Shown here piece by piece: positions 39,237-50,347 of a stretch of DNA of 64,000 nt. The DNA is from an uncultured Methylomirabilota bacterium. Lineage in GTDB: Bacteria > Methylomirabilota > Methylomirabilia > Methylomirabilales > 2-02-FULL-66-22. Location: contig OY970067.1 in the NCBI GenBank assembly GCA_963705305.1, positions 3,840,001 through 3,904,000 of the forward strand, in the 5' to 3' direction. The number at the start of each line of letters is the position of its first letter. Position 1 is the stretch's first letter. The position numbers and the translations under genes were made by a program. The notes beneath the pieces are model-generated. The model saw only the letters and a program-made list of their open reading frames with translations. It was not told the origin of the DNA and did not search any database.

Positions 39237-40516
39237 TCGGGCCCATGCTCCTCGGCTTCGCCGTGCTGGCGGTCTGCGGCGTTCCCATCGCAGTGGCCAT
39301 GGGGATCGCCGTCCTTCTCACGATGGGATTCCTCACGCCCTTCCCCATCCTCGGCATGGTGCAGCGGATGGTCACCGGCATCGACTCGTTCGTGTTGATC
39401 TCCATCCCGCTCTTCCTGCTGACCGGCCGGCTGATGAATGTCGGGGGGATCACGAACGACCTGTTCGCCTTCGCCAGGAGCCTCGTCGGGCCGATCCGGG
39501 GAGGGATGGCCCACGCCAACGTCATCGCCAACATGATCCTGGCCGGCATGTCCGGTTCGGCCGTGGCCGACGCGGGCGGGATGGGTGTGGTGGTCATCAA
39601 GGCCATGAGCGATCAAGGGTACCGCCGCGACCTGGCGGGCGCCCTTACCGTCGCCGCCTCGACCATCGGCCCCATCATCCCCCCCAGCATTCCCATGGTT
39701 ATCTATGGTGCCATGGCCGATGTGTCGGTAGGAAGGCTGTTTCTGGGCGGCTGCGTGCCGGGTGTTCTTATGGGGCTGGGACTGATGGTGCTGATCTGGA
39801 TGCTCAGCCGGCGAGAGCGGATGCCCAAGGATAAGCGCTACAGCCTCAGGGAGGTCTGGGCGGCGTTTCGGGCGGCCTTTCTGTCCCTCCTCACGCCGGT
39901 GATCCTGATCGGGGGAATCCTCAGCGGGATCTTCACCCCGACGGAGGCGTCCGCCGTCGCCGCCGTGTACGCCTTTCTGCTCTGTTTTCTCGTGTACAAG
40001 AGCGTGAGTCTCCGGGACGTGCCTTCCATTATCGTGGATACGTTTGTTACGACGGCGGTCGTCACGTTCATCATTTCCGTGACCTCGGGCTTCTCGTATC
40101 TTCTCATCATCGGACGGATCGGCAGCCTGCTGGTGGATCAGACTCTGGCGTTCACACGGAACCCGTTCGTGGTCCTGTTCATCGTGAACGTCGTCCTGCT
40201 CATCCTCGGCTGCCTGATGGAGGCCGGAGTTCTGCTCATTCTCCTCACGCCCATCCTGGTTCCCATGATGGCTGCGCTGGGAGTCGACTTGGTGCACTTC
40301 GGCGTCGTCATGGTCCTCAACCTCATGATCGGCGTGGCGACGCCGCCGGTCGGCATGTGCCTCTTCGTCGTGAGCCAGGCGAACGACATCAAGCTCGAGC
40401 GGCTGATGCGAGAGGTCATCGTGTGGATCCTTCCGTTGATCGCGACACTGTTTCTGATCACCTACTTTCCCGGCCTGGTCATGACAGTTCCCAACTGGCT
40501 GATGCCGGGAAAATAG
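39233..40516 (+). CDS. TRAP transporter large permease (DctM family)
   Basis: AGMSGSAVAD, IIPPSIP, FTPTEAS, TPPVG. Confidence 0.95.
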   Translation: MIGPMLLGFAVLAVCGVPIAVAMGIAVLLTMGFLTPFPILGMVQRMVTGIDSFVLISIPLFLLTGRLMNVGGITNDLFAFARSLVGPIRGGMAHANVIANMILAGMSGSAVADAGGMGVVVIKAMSDQGYRRDLAGALTVAASTIGPIIPPSIPMVIYGAMADVSVGRLFLGGCVPGVLMGLGLMVLIWMLSRRERMPKDKRYSLREVWAAFRAAFLSLLTPVILIGGILSGIFTPTEASAVAAVYAFLLCFLVYKSVSLRDVPSIIVDTFVTTAVVTFIISVTSGFSYLLIIGRIGSLLVDQTLAFTRNPFVVLFIVNVVLLILGCLMEAGVLLILLTPILVPMMAALGVDLVHFGVVMVLNLMIGVATPPVGMCLFVVSQANDIKLERLMREVIVWILPLIATLFLITYFPGLVMTVPNWLMPGK

Positions 40517-40598
40517 AGTAGAAAAGGGGGTGGTTCCAGGGCGGACAGGCTCAGGCGGGCGGATGTGGATTCCAGTCTGACAACAGGAGGATCTGCAG

Positions 40599-41582
40599 AT
40601 GAAGTGCGTCTATGCAGGATTCATCGCGTGTGTTGTGATCGTGAGCCTGGCGGTGCTGCCCTCGGTATCGGGGGCACAGACGTACACGGCGAAGATAGGA
40701 ATCGGGCATCCGCCTGGACAGTCGTTCGTCGTGGCCTCCGAGAAGTTCAAGGAGATGGTTGAGCAGCGGACCAACGGGCGCCTGAAGGTGCAGATCTACC
40801 CCAGCAGCCAGCTCGGCGGCGAGCGGGAGATGCAGGAGATGGTGGCGCTGGGAACCCTGGAGATGAGCGTGAGCGGCGTCGCGGTCGTGTACGAACCGCT
40901 CTTCGCCCTGCTGGAGGCGCCGTACCTGTTTCGCGACCGGGAGCAAATCAGAAAGGTGTACGCGAGCCCGGTGGTGGCGGACCTCTCGCAGGGATTGCTG
41001 GCCAAAGGGATCCGGGTTGTCGGCTTCTATGAGAACGGATTCCGGCAGATCACCAACAGCACGCGGCCCATCAATACCCCCGCCGACGCCAAGGGACTGA
41101 AGATCCGCACCCCCGAGAACCTGGCCCAGATCGAGACGTTCAAGGCGCTGGGAGCGATTCCGACCCCCATGGCCTACAACGAGTTGTACAATGCCATGGC
41201 CCAGGGGGTTGTGGACGGGCAGGAAAATCCGCTGCAGAACATCTGGACCGGCAAGATGTATGAGGTGCAGAAGTATCTGGCCATGACCGGCCACATCTAC
41301 AACAGCGCCTACGTCATCGCCAACAACAAGTTCTGGACCGGCCTCCCCGCCGATATTCGCAAGATCGCCGACGAGTCGCTGACGGAGGCCTGCAACTGGC
41401 AGATGGACTACGTCGCCAATCTGGACAAGAAGCTGCTGGAGGATCTCAAGGCCAAGGGCATGCAGGTGACCTCTCCCGACCGGGAGGCCTTCCGCAAGGC
41501 CACCGCCCCCGCGTACGATGCCTTCTACGCCAAGTTCGGGGATCGCGCCCGGAAGATCATCGACACCATTCGAGGCATGTGA
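40599..41582 (+). CDS. TRAP transporter substrate-binding protein (DctP family)
   Basis: Signal peptide, YPSSQLGGE, NGFRQIT, GLKIR, GVVDGQENP. Confidence 0.95.
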   Translation: MKCVYAGFIACVVIVSLAVLPSVSGAQTYTAKIGIGHPPGQSFVVASEKFKEMVEQRTNGRLKVQIYPSSQLGGEREMQEMVALGTLEMSVSGVAVVYEPLFALLEAPYLFRDREQIRKVYASPVVADLSQGLLAKGIRVVGFYENGFRQITNSTRPINTPADAKGLKIRTPENLAQIETFKALGAIPTPMAYNELYNAMAQGVVDGQENPLQNIWTGKMYEVQKYLAMTGHIYNSAYVIANNKFWTGLPADIRKIADESLTEACNWQMDYVANLDKKLLEDLKAKGMQVTSPDREAFRKATAPAYDAFYAKFGDRARKIIDTIRGM

Positions 41583-41686
41583 CCTGCATCAATCACGAAG
41601 AGTGCAGGATGGGTCATTGCTCATGTGATCCGGGGCCGGGGCCGATGCGGAATCGGCCCCGGCCGATCTGAAAGGAAGGCGGCGGC

Positions 41687-42029
41687 ATGGCAGGGCGCGA
41701 CGTAGCGGTCGTGGTGCAAAAGGGGGATCATTCCCTCGGCTACTACGATTTTCACACCGGCGAGGAAATCGATCGCGTGCTGCCGACACGCGGACGGGGC
41801 TCCCATATGGTCAATCGGGAGAGCGCCGAATCAACCCAGCCGGCAGCAGGTGGTGCCTCTTCCGGCCAAGGCCATTTCGGTCGGATACTATGCGGCCAGC
41901 CAGACGGCCCTCCTCAGCACGCACGCTCACGAAGTGTGTCTGGTGGATGTGAAGGCGGGCCGGCTTATCCGGTCCATCCGAACGCGCAGCGATCCGGATC
42001 CCGTATCGGTGATCTCTCTGGAAGCCTGA
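41687..42029 (+). pseudogene. Remnant of a YVTN/YncE-type beta-propeller gene with large internal deletions
   Basis: RBS AAGGAAGG; N-terminus VVVQKGDHSLGYYDFHTGEEIDRV; in another frame, C-terminus HEVCLVDVKAGRLIRSIRTRSDPDPVSVI. Confidence 0.55.
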
Positions 42030-42086
42030 GGTCGGACGGCACGTGAGGGCGGGTTGCCCCGCGGCTGCCGGTGGAGGTGAAGTGCG

Positions 42087-42833
42087 ATGGATCTTACGTT
42101 GCGTGACACGTTCGTGAGTCGCTGGCGGCAGCGTTTTGGCTCGGCGGAGCTTCCCATGACCTTCCAGTACACCAACCAGGATCGCGGCCTGGAGGCGGTG
42201 AAGCCACCTGCCGGACACTGCTGTATCCTGGCCACGCTGGCCCGGGTCCGGGCGGGCGAATCGTTGCGGTTCGACGTGCAGGGCGTCGGCTGCGGCGGAG
42301 GACAGCGATACCTTGGATTCACCGAGGCGATCCGGCCGAAGTTCGAGTACTTCCTCTCCGTCGGCATTCCCGGCGAGCTCGAGGGGGAGCGCTACAAGAA
42401 ATCGCCGGAGCTGGTGCGGGAGGTCCTGAGGCACCAACCCGGGTTCAAGGCGCCGGCGCCGTTCATCGTCTTCAAGCGCTGGGATGTCCTGCAGGCGGCG
42501 GATGAGCCCGCCGTGGTCGTGTTCTTTGCCCGGCCGGATGTGCTCTCGGGGCTCTTCACGCTGGCCAATTTTGACGAGGCAGAGCTGAATGGTGTCGCCG
42601 CGCCCTTTGCCGCGGGCTGCGGCTCCATGGTGCAGTACCCGTTTCTGGAAGGGTTGGCGGAACGGCCGCGGGCGGTGCTGGGGATGTTCAACGTCTCGGC
42701 GCGCCCATTTGTGCCTGCCGACACGCTGAGCTTTGCGGTCCCCATGCGCAAGTTTCGCCGCATGGTGGAGAATATGGAGGAGAGCTTCCTGATCACGCCC
42801 TCGTGGGAGAAGGTCCACAGGCGGATCGGGTGA
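42087..42833 (+). CDS. DUF169 family protein
   Basis: GCGGGQRYLGF, EGERYKKSPE, PDVLSGLFTLANFD, PFAAGCGS, SARP; family call by recognition. Confidence 0.75.
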   Translation: MDLTLRDTFVSRWRQRFGSAELPMTFQYTNQDRGLEAVKPPAGHCCILATLARVRAGESLRFDVQGVGCGGGQRYLGFTEAIRPKFEYFLSVGIPGELEGERYKKSPELVREVLRHQPGFKAPAPFIVFKRWDVLQAADEPAVVVFFARPDVLSGLFTLANFDEAELNGVAAPFAAGCGSMVQYPFLEGLAERPRAVLGMFNVSARPFVPADTLSFAVPMRKFRRMVENMEESFLITPSWEKVHRRIG

Positions 42834-42855
42834 GACTGGGGGAGAGGACAGCCCA

Positions 42856-43917
42856 ATGAGCAGACAGCTGTTTCTGGACCTGGCCCGTTCCGGACTCCGC
42901 ATGCCCATCGCCACGGACCTGGTTCTTCACGAGCACCCGGATCCGGACGGCATTCTCCTCGACGGCCAGGCGCTGGGCCGGGTGGTCGAGGAGACGGCTC
43001 GACGCTACCAGACACCGCTGGCCTTCGGCCACATGGACCTGAGCCGAGAGAAGGCCGCTCTCCTCAGCTGTCTCGGCGTCCCGCCGGAGCGCATTCCCAC
43101 CTACCATTTCGAGGAATGCCCGACGCCGGACATGATCGCTCACCTGGCCGAGCGCCTGGCGGGGCGGCTGCACCCCCAGCTCCAGGCGCAGGTGGATGCC
43201 GTGCGCCACATCGCGACCCGGACGAACCTGGTCCCGATCGGCATGGCCATCGGCCCCTTCTCGCTGATGACCAAGCTGCTGGCAGATCCGATCACGCCCA
43301 TCTACCTGGCGGGTTCGGGTGTGACGGGAGAGGACGACCCCGACGTGCAGATGGTCGAGCGGCTGCTCGAGCTGTCCACCCGGGTCGTCCTGCGGACGGT
43401 CACAGCCCAGGTGGAGGCCGGGGCGAGAGCCGTATTCATGGCGGAGCCGGCGGCCAACGTGGTCTACCTCTCACCCAAACAGATGGCGGCGGGCTCCGAC
43501 ATATTCGAACGGTGCGTGATGGCATGGGATCGTCGGGTCAAGGCCGAGCTGGACCGGCTGGGGGCGGAGCTCGTCTTCCACTGCTGCGGGGAGCTGACCG
43601 AGCACATGCTGCGGGCCTTCACCACGCTGCACCCGGCCCTGCTCAGCCTGGGCAGCTCGCGGCGGCTCTGGGAAGACGCGGCCCTGGTTCCCAAGGACAT
43701 CGTGCTGTACGGCAACCTGCCGACCAAACACTTCTACTCCGACGCACAGGTCAGCCTGGAGGAGGTCCAGCAGCGGACCTGTGAACTGATCCACCGCATG
43801 CGCGAGGTCGGGCATCCCCTGATCCTGGGCAGCGAATGCGACGTCCTGAGCGTTCCGGGCTCCGAGCGGAGGATCAAGGAGAAGGTGGACGCGTTCGTCC
43901 GGTGCCGATGCGACTAG
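42856..43917 (+). CDS. Uroporphyrinogen decarboxylase / MtaA-CmuA methyltransferase superfamily protein
   Basis: GPFSL, AQVEAGA, FHCCGE, YGNLP, ILGSECD. Confidence 0.8.
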   Translation: MSRQLFLDLARSGLRMPIATDLVLHEHPDPDGILLDGQALGRVVEETARRYQTPLAFGHMDLSREKAALLSCLGVPPERIPTYHFEECPTPDMIAHLAERLAGRLHPQLQAQVDAVRHIATRTNLVPIGMAIGPFSLMTKLLADPITPIYLAGSGVTGEDDPDVQMVERLLELSTRVVLRTVTAQVEAGARAVFMAEPAANVVYLSPKQMAAGSDIFERCVMAWDRRVKAELDRLGAELVFHCCGELTEHMLRAFTTLHPALLSLGSSRRLWEDAALVPKDIVLYGNLPTKHFYSDAQVSLEEVQQRTCELIHRMREVGHPLILGSECDVLSVPGSERRIKEKVDAFVRCRCD

Positions 43918-43981
43918 GATCGAAGTCCGCCGGGCGTGGACCCAGGGCCGACATGCCCATTGTCCGACAAGGAGGAGACGA

Positions 43982-45619
43982 ATGAAGGTCGCTGCCGCCA
44001 TTGCCGATATCCTGAAGCGAGAAGGGGTGGAGCGTCTCATCGGCTACCCCGTCAATCCGGTCATCGAGGCCGCCGCGCAGGCCGACATCCGGACCCTCAT
44101 CGTCCGCCAGGAGCGGGTGGGACTGCACATGGCCGATGCCATCAGCCGCCTCAGTTCGGGGCGGCAGATCGGCGTCTTCGCCCTCCAGCACGGCCCGGGG
44201 GCGGAGAATTCGTTCGGCGGGGTCGCCCAGGCGTTCGGGGAGTCGGTGCCGATCGTCGTCCTGGCGGCCGGCTACCCGCGGCGGCTGAACAACTTCCCCC
44301 CCTATTTCAACGCTTACTTGAACTATCAGCATGTCACCAAGTCGATCGAGCAGGTCACCTGCGCCGACGCAGTGCCGGACATTCTCCGGCGCGCCTTCAT
44401 GCAGGCCCGGAACGGCCGGCCGCGGCCCGCGCTGGTGGAGATTCCCACCGATGTGTTTCCCGAGGAGGTGCCGGAGCCGTTGGCCTACCGCCCCGCGTTC
44501 ACCGCCCGCTGCGCCCCGGACCCGCGGGACGTGACGGCCGCAGCACGGGTCCTGGTCGAGGCGCAGCGTCCCGTCATCTATGCGGGGCAGGGGGTTCACT
44601 ACGCGCGCGCCTGGGAGTCCCTGCGCGCCCTGGCGGAGCTGCTGGAGGCCCCGGTAGTGACGAGCCTGGAGGGCAAGAGCGCCTTCCCCGAGGAGCACCC
44701 CCTGTCCCTCGGCTCGGGGGGCCGCTCCGTCCCGAAGACCGTCCATCACTTTTTGCAGACCGCGGATCTCATCTTTGGGATCGGCTGCAGCTTCGTCACC
44801 AGCAACTTCGCCGTGCCCATCCCGCGCGGCAAGACCATCGTGCACGCCACGCTGGATCCGGGCGATTTGGGGCGGTGTGTGCCGGTGGACCACGGGCTGG
44901 TCGGCGATGCCGGGCTGACCCTGGAAGCGCTGCGGGTCGAGATCGAGGAGCGGCTGGGGAGCGCGCCACGCGGGCGCGCCGGCCAGCTGGCGCAAGAGAT
45001 CGCGGCGGTGCGGGCCGAGTGGCTGGCCCAGTGGCTGCCCAAGCGATCCTCGGATGCGGTGCCCCTGTCGCCGTACCGGGTCCTGCGCGATCTCGCCCAG
45101 ACGGTGGATCGAGCCAACACCATCATCACGCACGATGCGGGAAGCCCCCGCGACCAGCTCTCTCCGTTTTGGAACACGGTGGAACCGCAGACCTACATCG
45201 GCTGGGGAAAGACCACCCAGCTGGGGTACGGCTTGGGGTTGATGATGGGGGCCAAGCTGGCGCGCCCCGAAAAGCTGTGCATCAATGTCTGGGGCGACGC
45301 AGCCATCGGGTTCACCGGGATGGATTTCGAGACCGCAGTGCGGGAGCGGATTCCCATCCTGTCGGTGCTTCTGAACAACTCCTCCATGGCCATGGAGATC
45401 CCGGTCATGAAGGTCGCCACCGAGAAGTACCGGAGCACCGACATCTCGGGTCACTATGCCGATATGGCGCGGGCGTTCGGAGGCTACGGAGAGCGTGTCA
45501 CCCAGCCGGGGGAGATCGTCCCCGCCATCCGGCGCGCCATCCGCCAGACCCAAGAGGGCGTGCCGGCGCTGCTGGAGTTCATCACCGCGCGCGAGATCGA
45601 GTACTCGCTGTATCGGTAG
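43982..45619 (+). CDS. Thiamine pyrophosphate-dependent enzyme (acetolactate synthase-like family)
   Basis: VRQERVGLHMADA, GPGAEN, RPVIYAGQG, WGDAAIGFTGMD..LLNN TPP motif. Confidence 0.92.
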   Translation: MKVAAAIADILKREGVERLIGYPVNPVIEAAAQADIRTLIVRQERVGLHMADAISRLSSGRQIGVFALQHGPGAENSFGGVAQAFGESVPIVVLAAGYPRRLNNFPPYFNAYLNYQHVTKSIEQVTCADAVPDILRRAFMQARNGRPRPALVEIPTDVFPEEVPEPLAYRPAFTARCAPDPRDVTAAARVLVEAQRPVIYAGQGVHYARAWESLRALAELLEAPVVTSLEGKSAFPEEHPLSLGSGGRSVPKTVHHFLQTADLIFGIGCSFVTSNFAVPIPRGKTIVHATLDPGDLGRCVPVDHGLVGDAGLTLEALRVEIEERLGSAPRGRAGQLAQEIAAVRAEWLAQWLPKRSSDAVPLSPYRVLRDLAQTVDRANTIITHDAGSPRDQLSPFWNTVEPQTYIGWGKTTQLGYGLGLMMGAKLARPEKLCINVWGDAAIGFTGMDFETAVRERIPILSVLLNNSSMAMEIPVMKVATEKYRSTDISGHYADMARAFGGYGERVTQPGEIVPAIRRAIRQTQEGVPALLEFITAREIEYSLYR

Positions 45620-45978
45620 CCGGCCGCCGCACGGACCGCAGGCGGGCGAGCGGCCCGTTAGGAAACCTCACGGGACAGATCCGGTCCGCATTCGCGTCGG
45701 CCCCGACCGCACGCGCTTGCTCTCGTGTTTTCCCGCCTTGAATAAGTCTCCTGTGTGGGCCATATTTAGTCCGACGATTTCGGGGCGAGCGGGGGCCGCG
45801 CGACGCGGGTGTGGCGGCGCGTCACGCTGGAGGCCGATCCGGTTTCGGGGGGCCGTGCAGGGTGTCGACCGGGGTCGCCCGGGTTGGCGGCGAGAAGGAA
45901 GGAGGTGAGAGGCAGGCACCGGAAGTGGAGCGTTGCAGAGCGTGATCCGTGGATGGCCAGCCTACAGGAGGGAATGCC

Positions 45979-47181
45979 ATGGCAGAGAAAGAGGAGCCGC
46001 GGGGCACGGGAGAGTCGTCGGACGTTGACCGCCGAACCTTCCTGAAGTACAGCGCGGCGGTGGGGAGTGCGGCCATGCTGAGCGGGGTCGCGTTCGAGAC
46101 GGCGAGTGCGATGGACACGGAGCGGAGCACTGCCGGAGGCGTTCGCGTGTTGGGCTGCAATCCCATGACCTCGACCGACGGATACTGGGACAACTCCAGG
46201 CCCCCGGCGATCCGGGTCAAGTCGGGGGATGTCGTTCAGGTGGAGACCGGAACCCACCTGATGGGAAAGATGGTGCCCGGAGCGGACATCAACGACTGGA
46301 TGAAGTGGTATCAGGAGGTCATCGATCGGACCCCCGAGACCTACACCTATCCCGACCCAACGACGGGGTCCAAGAAGATCAAGAAGGGGGGCGGGCATCA
46401 CCATTTGACCGGTCCGATCTATATCGACGGGGCCGAGCCCGGCGATATCCTGCAGATCGAAATTCTCGACATCGTTCCGAATGCCTACGGCTTCAACCTC
46501 TACCCTGAGACGTTATTCATGAAGCTGGGTCTCCTGCCCGAAGAATACCCGCATGGCGTGGTCAGATGGTATTATGCCGACCTCGAGAAGAAGAAGTTCG
46601 AATTCCTCCCGGGAATCGAGATCCCGATTCGCCCCTTCCCCGGGACCATCGGTGTGGAATTGCCGGACGCGGGCATGTGGAGCAACGTCCCGCCCGGGAG
46701 GCACGGCGGGAACCTCGACAACAAGGACCTGGTTGCCGGAACCGTGCTGTACCTCCCCGTGTGGGTGAAAGGGGCCAACCTCAAGACGGGTGATTCCCAT
46801 CTGGCGCAGGGTCACGGCGAGGTGGACCTGAACGGATTGGAGGGGGCCTTCCGGAACATCACGCTCCGCGTGACGGCGCGGAAGGATCTGAAGGAGCTCG
46901 TGGATTGGCCCATGGCGTCCACTCCGACCCACTGGATGACCATGGGGATCCATACCGACCTGCTGGAATCCTCCAAGATGGCAGTCCGGAAGGCGATCAC
47001 TTTCCTGAACAAATACTACGGGCTGTCCAAAGGGGAGGCCTACGCGTTCTGCAGCATGGCTGTGGATCTGCATGTCACCCAGCTGGTGGATTACACGCTG
47101 GGAATCCACGCCATGATTCCCAAGACGGTTTTCGTGGGGAAGCAGTATGCGGAAAAGAACGAGCTGCTCTTGAAGGCCTGA
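45979..47181 (+). CDS. Acetamidase/formamidase family protein with a twin-arginine signal
   Basis: VDRRTFLK; HHLTGPIYIDGAEPGD, HGGNLDNKDL, GDSHLAQGHGEV, AYAFCSMAVDL. Confidence 0.9.
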   Translation: MAEKEEPRGTGESSDVDRRTFLKYSAAVGSAAMLSGVAFETASAMDTERSTAGGVRVLGCNPMTSTDGYWDNSRPPAIRVKSGDVVQVETGTHLMGKMVPGADINDWMKWYQEVIDRTPETYTYPDPTTGSKKIKKGGGHHHLTGPIYIDGAEPGDILQIEILDIVPNAYGFNLYPETLFMKLGLLPEEYPHGVVRWYYADLEKKKFEFLPGIEIPIRPFPGTIGVELPDAGMWSNVPPGRHGGNLDNKDLVAGTVLYLPVWVKGANLKTGDSHLAQGHGEVDLNGLEGAFRNITLRVTARKDLKELVDWPMASTPTHWMTMGIHTDLLESSKMAVRKAITFLNKYYGLSKGEAYAFCSMAVDLHVTQLVDYTLGIHAMIPKTVFVGKQYAEKNELLLKA

Positions 47182-47305
47182 GGCCCGCCGGCCGGTCCGC
47201 CCGGGGTGCGTGCCCGGGCGGACCGGCCGAGACCGCCCGGCGACCGCACACGTCCACCGGTGTGGGGCCCACCGACCGCCCGCGAGCTTCTCCCTGTCGC
47301 TGCCT

Positions 47306-49976
47306 CTACTCCGGCACGGGACCCAGCGTCACCTGGACAAAATCGCCAGGCCGGATCCATTTGGCAAAGGCCTTCTGGACGTTCCTGCGCGGAAATCTCC
47401 AGATAGCGGCGGGCCGCGCGCGCCGGCTCATCCAGCGGAAGGTCCCGCTGAGACAACCTGAGCAGTTCGCCCGCGATGCTGTCCATGCTGGATTGCGAGA
47501 GGGGAATCTGGCGAAGGAGCAGCGTCTTGGCCTGCTGCAGCTCGGCCGGTGTGACCGGCGCGCCCTGCATCTGCTGGAGGTCCTTTTCGAGGATGGCTCG
47601 GGCCTTGGAGACGTTGGGGGGATCGCAGCCGTACACGACAGCGAAGATCGATCGCGTCTTGCCGACGTCCAGCACGGCATCCACATAGTAGACGAGACCG
47701 CGCTCCTCGCGCAGGTCCCGGAAAAGCCGGGTGGCGTAGAAGGCTCCCGCCAGGACGTGCCGGCCGACCTGCAGCGCGTAGTAGTCGGGGTCGGATCGCA
47801 CGAGGCCGAGCGTCTCGGCCAGCGTCACCTCGTCCTGCACCCGGCTGGTATCCGGCACCGCGGTGGTGGCCGGAGTGTTCAGGGGGACGGGCGGCAAATC
47901 GGTTTGGGGCTTCGGTCCTACGGCCTTCCACCCGCCGAAGTATTTTTCAACGATCGAGCGGGCTTCCTCCGGAGAGACGCGGCCGATGACGACAATGGTG
48001 GTCATGTCGGGGCGGAACGTCGCGCGATAGTACGCCGCGACATCCTCCAAGGTCAGCGATTTTACGCTGCCCGGAGTCGCCTGGCGAAGGGCGGGGTCGT
48101 GTGGCGGGTAGAGCCCGGCCCGGACCGCCCGGTGGGCCAGATGGGACGGGGAGCGCAGCCGGCCCACCAGCGCACTCGCAATCTCCTCCTGTGTGATCTT
48201 GAATGCGGCGGGCGGGAGCGCCGGGGAGAGCAGGTTCTCGGCGAGCAGGCGGACCCCCTGGTCAAAGTGCTGCGACAGGACCTGCAGAGAAAAGCTCGAG
48301 CCCGCGGAGAGGTTCGCCGCGATCCCGTCCACGGCTTCCTGGAAGGCCAGCCGATCCAGGGTGGTCGTCCCGTAGGAGAAGAGGCTGTCCAGGAGCTCGG
48401 CCACGCCATCCTGGCCCGGGGGTTGCTGGAGGTCGGGGTTGGTCTTGACGCTGCCAAGGAGGGTGATGGTGGGGCTGATGGTCTCCGGCTGGACGATCAG
48501 CCGCAGACCGTTGGGAAGAACCATCGCGGACGGATGGGCCATCGAAACCGGGGCAACCGGGGGCTCCAACGCCTTCTGCGCCCAGTCGGGGACCGGGACG
48601 GGCTTGGTCTCCTTGGGGGTGAACGACTCCGGCCCGCGCCCGAACCCGCCAGAGGCAACCGGCTGTCCCGAGGGGTGCGGCGTGAGGATGCCGACGATCG
48701 CGGTGTCGTTCACCAGGTATTCCCTGGCCACGCGATTCACGTCGGCGACGGTGACCTGCTTGATGGCGTCGATGTCGGCGTCGGGAGAGGGACGGCCTTC
48801 GACGGCCAGCGCCTGGGACCAGGCGGACGCCAGGCCCGAGATCGAGTTTTTCTCGAACTCCGCGTCGGCGATCTCGTGCTGCTTGGCGGCTTCCACCAGA
48901 TCCGACGGGACACCGTCCTTGGCGTAGGCGGCGATGATGTCCTTCAGGACTCCGACCAGCGCCTGCCCGTCGGTGCCGGGAGGGAAGGCGGCGGTCGCAA
49001 ACCCCATGGCGGCCTTCGGCAGGGGGCTCGCGTCGAACCCTGCGGAGAGGGCCTTGCCCTCCGTCACGAGGGCGTACAGTTTGGCGCGCTGGCTGTCCAG
49101 GATATCCGCCAGGACCTCGCCGGCGGCGAAATCGGGGCTGTCAAACCCCGGCAGGCGATACGCCACTGTGACCGTGCCGTAGGGCCGGTCCGTCTCCATG
49201 GCGATCGTCGCCGGCGTCAGCGGCTGCAAGTGGATCTCTGGTCGCGGAGGGAGGGGCAGGGAGGGAATGGGCTCGAACAGCTGCCTGACGATTTCCAGCG
49301 TGCGAGCGGGGTCGATATCGCCCACGATCACCAAGATGGCGTTGTTCGGTGCGTACCAGGTGTCGTGAAACTTTTGGAGCATGGCGCCGGTGGTCCGGGC
49401 GAAGGACTCGCGCGTTCCGAGCGCGTCGTGGGCATAGACGGTGCCGGCGTACATGACCTGGAGCAGCTTGGTGTAGAAGAGATACTCGGGGTTCGAAAGG
49501 TCCTGGGCGACTTCCTGGTCGATCGCCCCCCGCTCCTGCTGCCACAACGTCTCCGAGTCGAGGACGCCGCGCATCCGGACGGCCTCGATGTGGAGCGCGA
49601 TCTCGAGATCGTCGGCCGGGACTGAGAAGACATATTGCGTGACCGTCTGCTGGGTATCGGCGTTGAAGTCTCCGCCCATGGCGGCGGTGATCGTGGCCAG
49701 CTGCGCCGCGGAGAGGCCCGGGCTGCCCCGGAACATCATGTGCTCCTGGGCGTGCGCTGTGCCGGGAAAGCCCGGAGGGGCTTCGTTCGACCCCACCAGG
49801 TAGTTGAGCTCCGTCGTCACGACGGGTGCCAGGGCATTGTGCACGATAACCACCCGCAGGCCGTTCTTCAGCGTGGCCTGCAGAACGCCCTCGGCCGCCC
49901 CGGCAGCCGTAGAGCCGGCCAGCACGGTCAGCATCGCGATGAGCGCCGCCAGGATCGGCAGCCGTTTTGGTGTCAT
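47306..49976 (-). CDS. Secreted M16 (pitrilysin-family) zinc peptidase; one-base frameshift at 47378-47384
   Basis: Signal peptide, AHAQEHMMFRGS (HxxEH), LREERGLVY; removing one base restores ..AQDVQKAFAKWIRPGDFVQVTLGPVPE*. Confidence 0.9.
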
Positions 49977-50347
49977 GGTGTTCCTCCTTGGAGTGCGCTG
50001 CCAAACGCGTCGGTCGATTGTCGGATGCTACCATGCTATCGAATCCTCCGAAAGCAATGTGACCGACCGAGCCGGGCCTGACCGGGACGGGGCGCGGCGG
50101 GAAGGGAAGCCAAGGCGATGCCCGGGGGGGTGCCGATCTCGCGACGAGCGCTCGCCGCCGGAGCGGGAGATCGGCGCACGTTGCCGGGAAATCGCTTGAC
50201 AGGCCTGCTGGGCGTCGATACGATTTTTTCAGATGGAAGCGCCCGTTCTGGCGTGATCCGCGGACCGCGCCAACGTTGAAACGCTCATCGAGAGTCCGGG
50301 AGCGAGGGGTTTGACGGCCGTCCAGGCCCCGACGCCGGAGACGCAGT

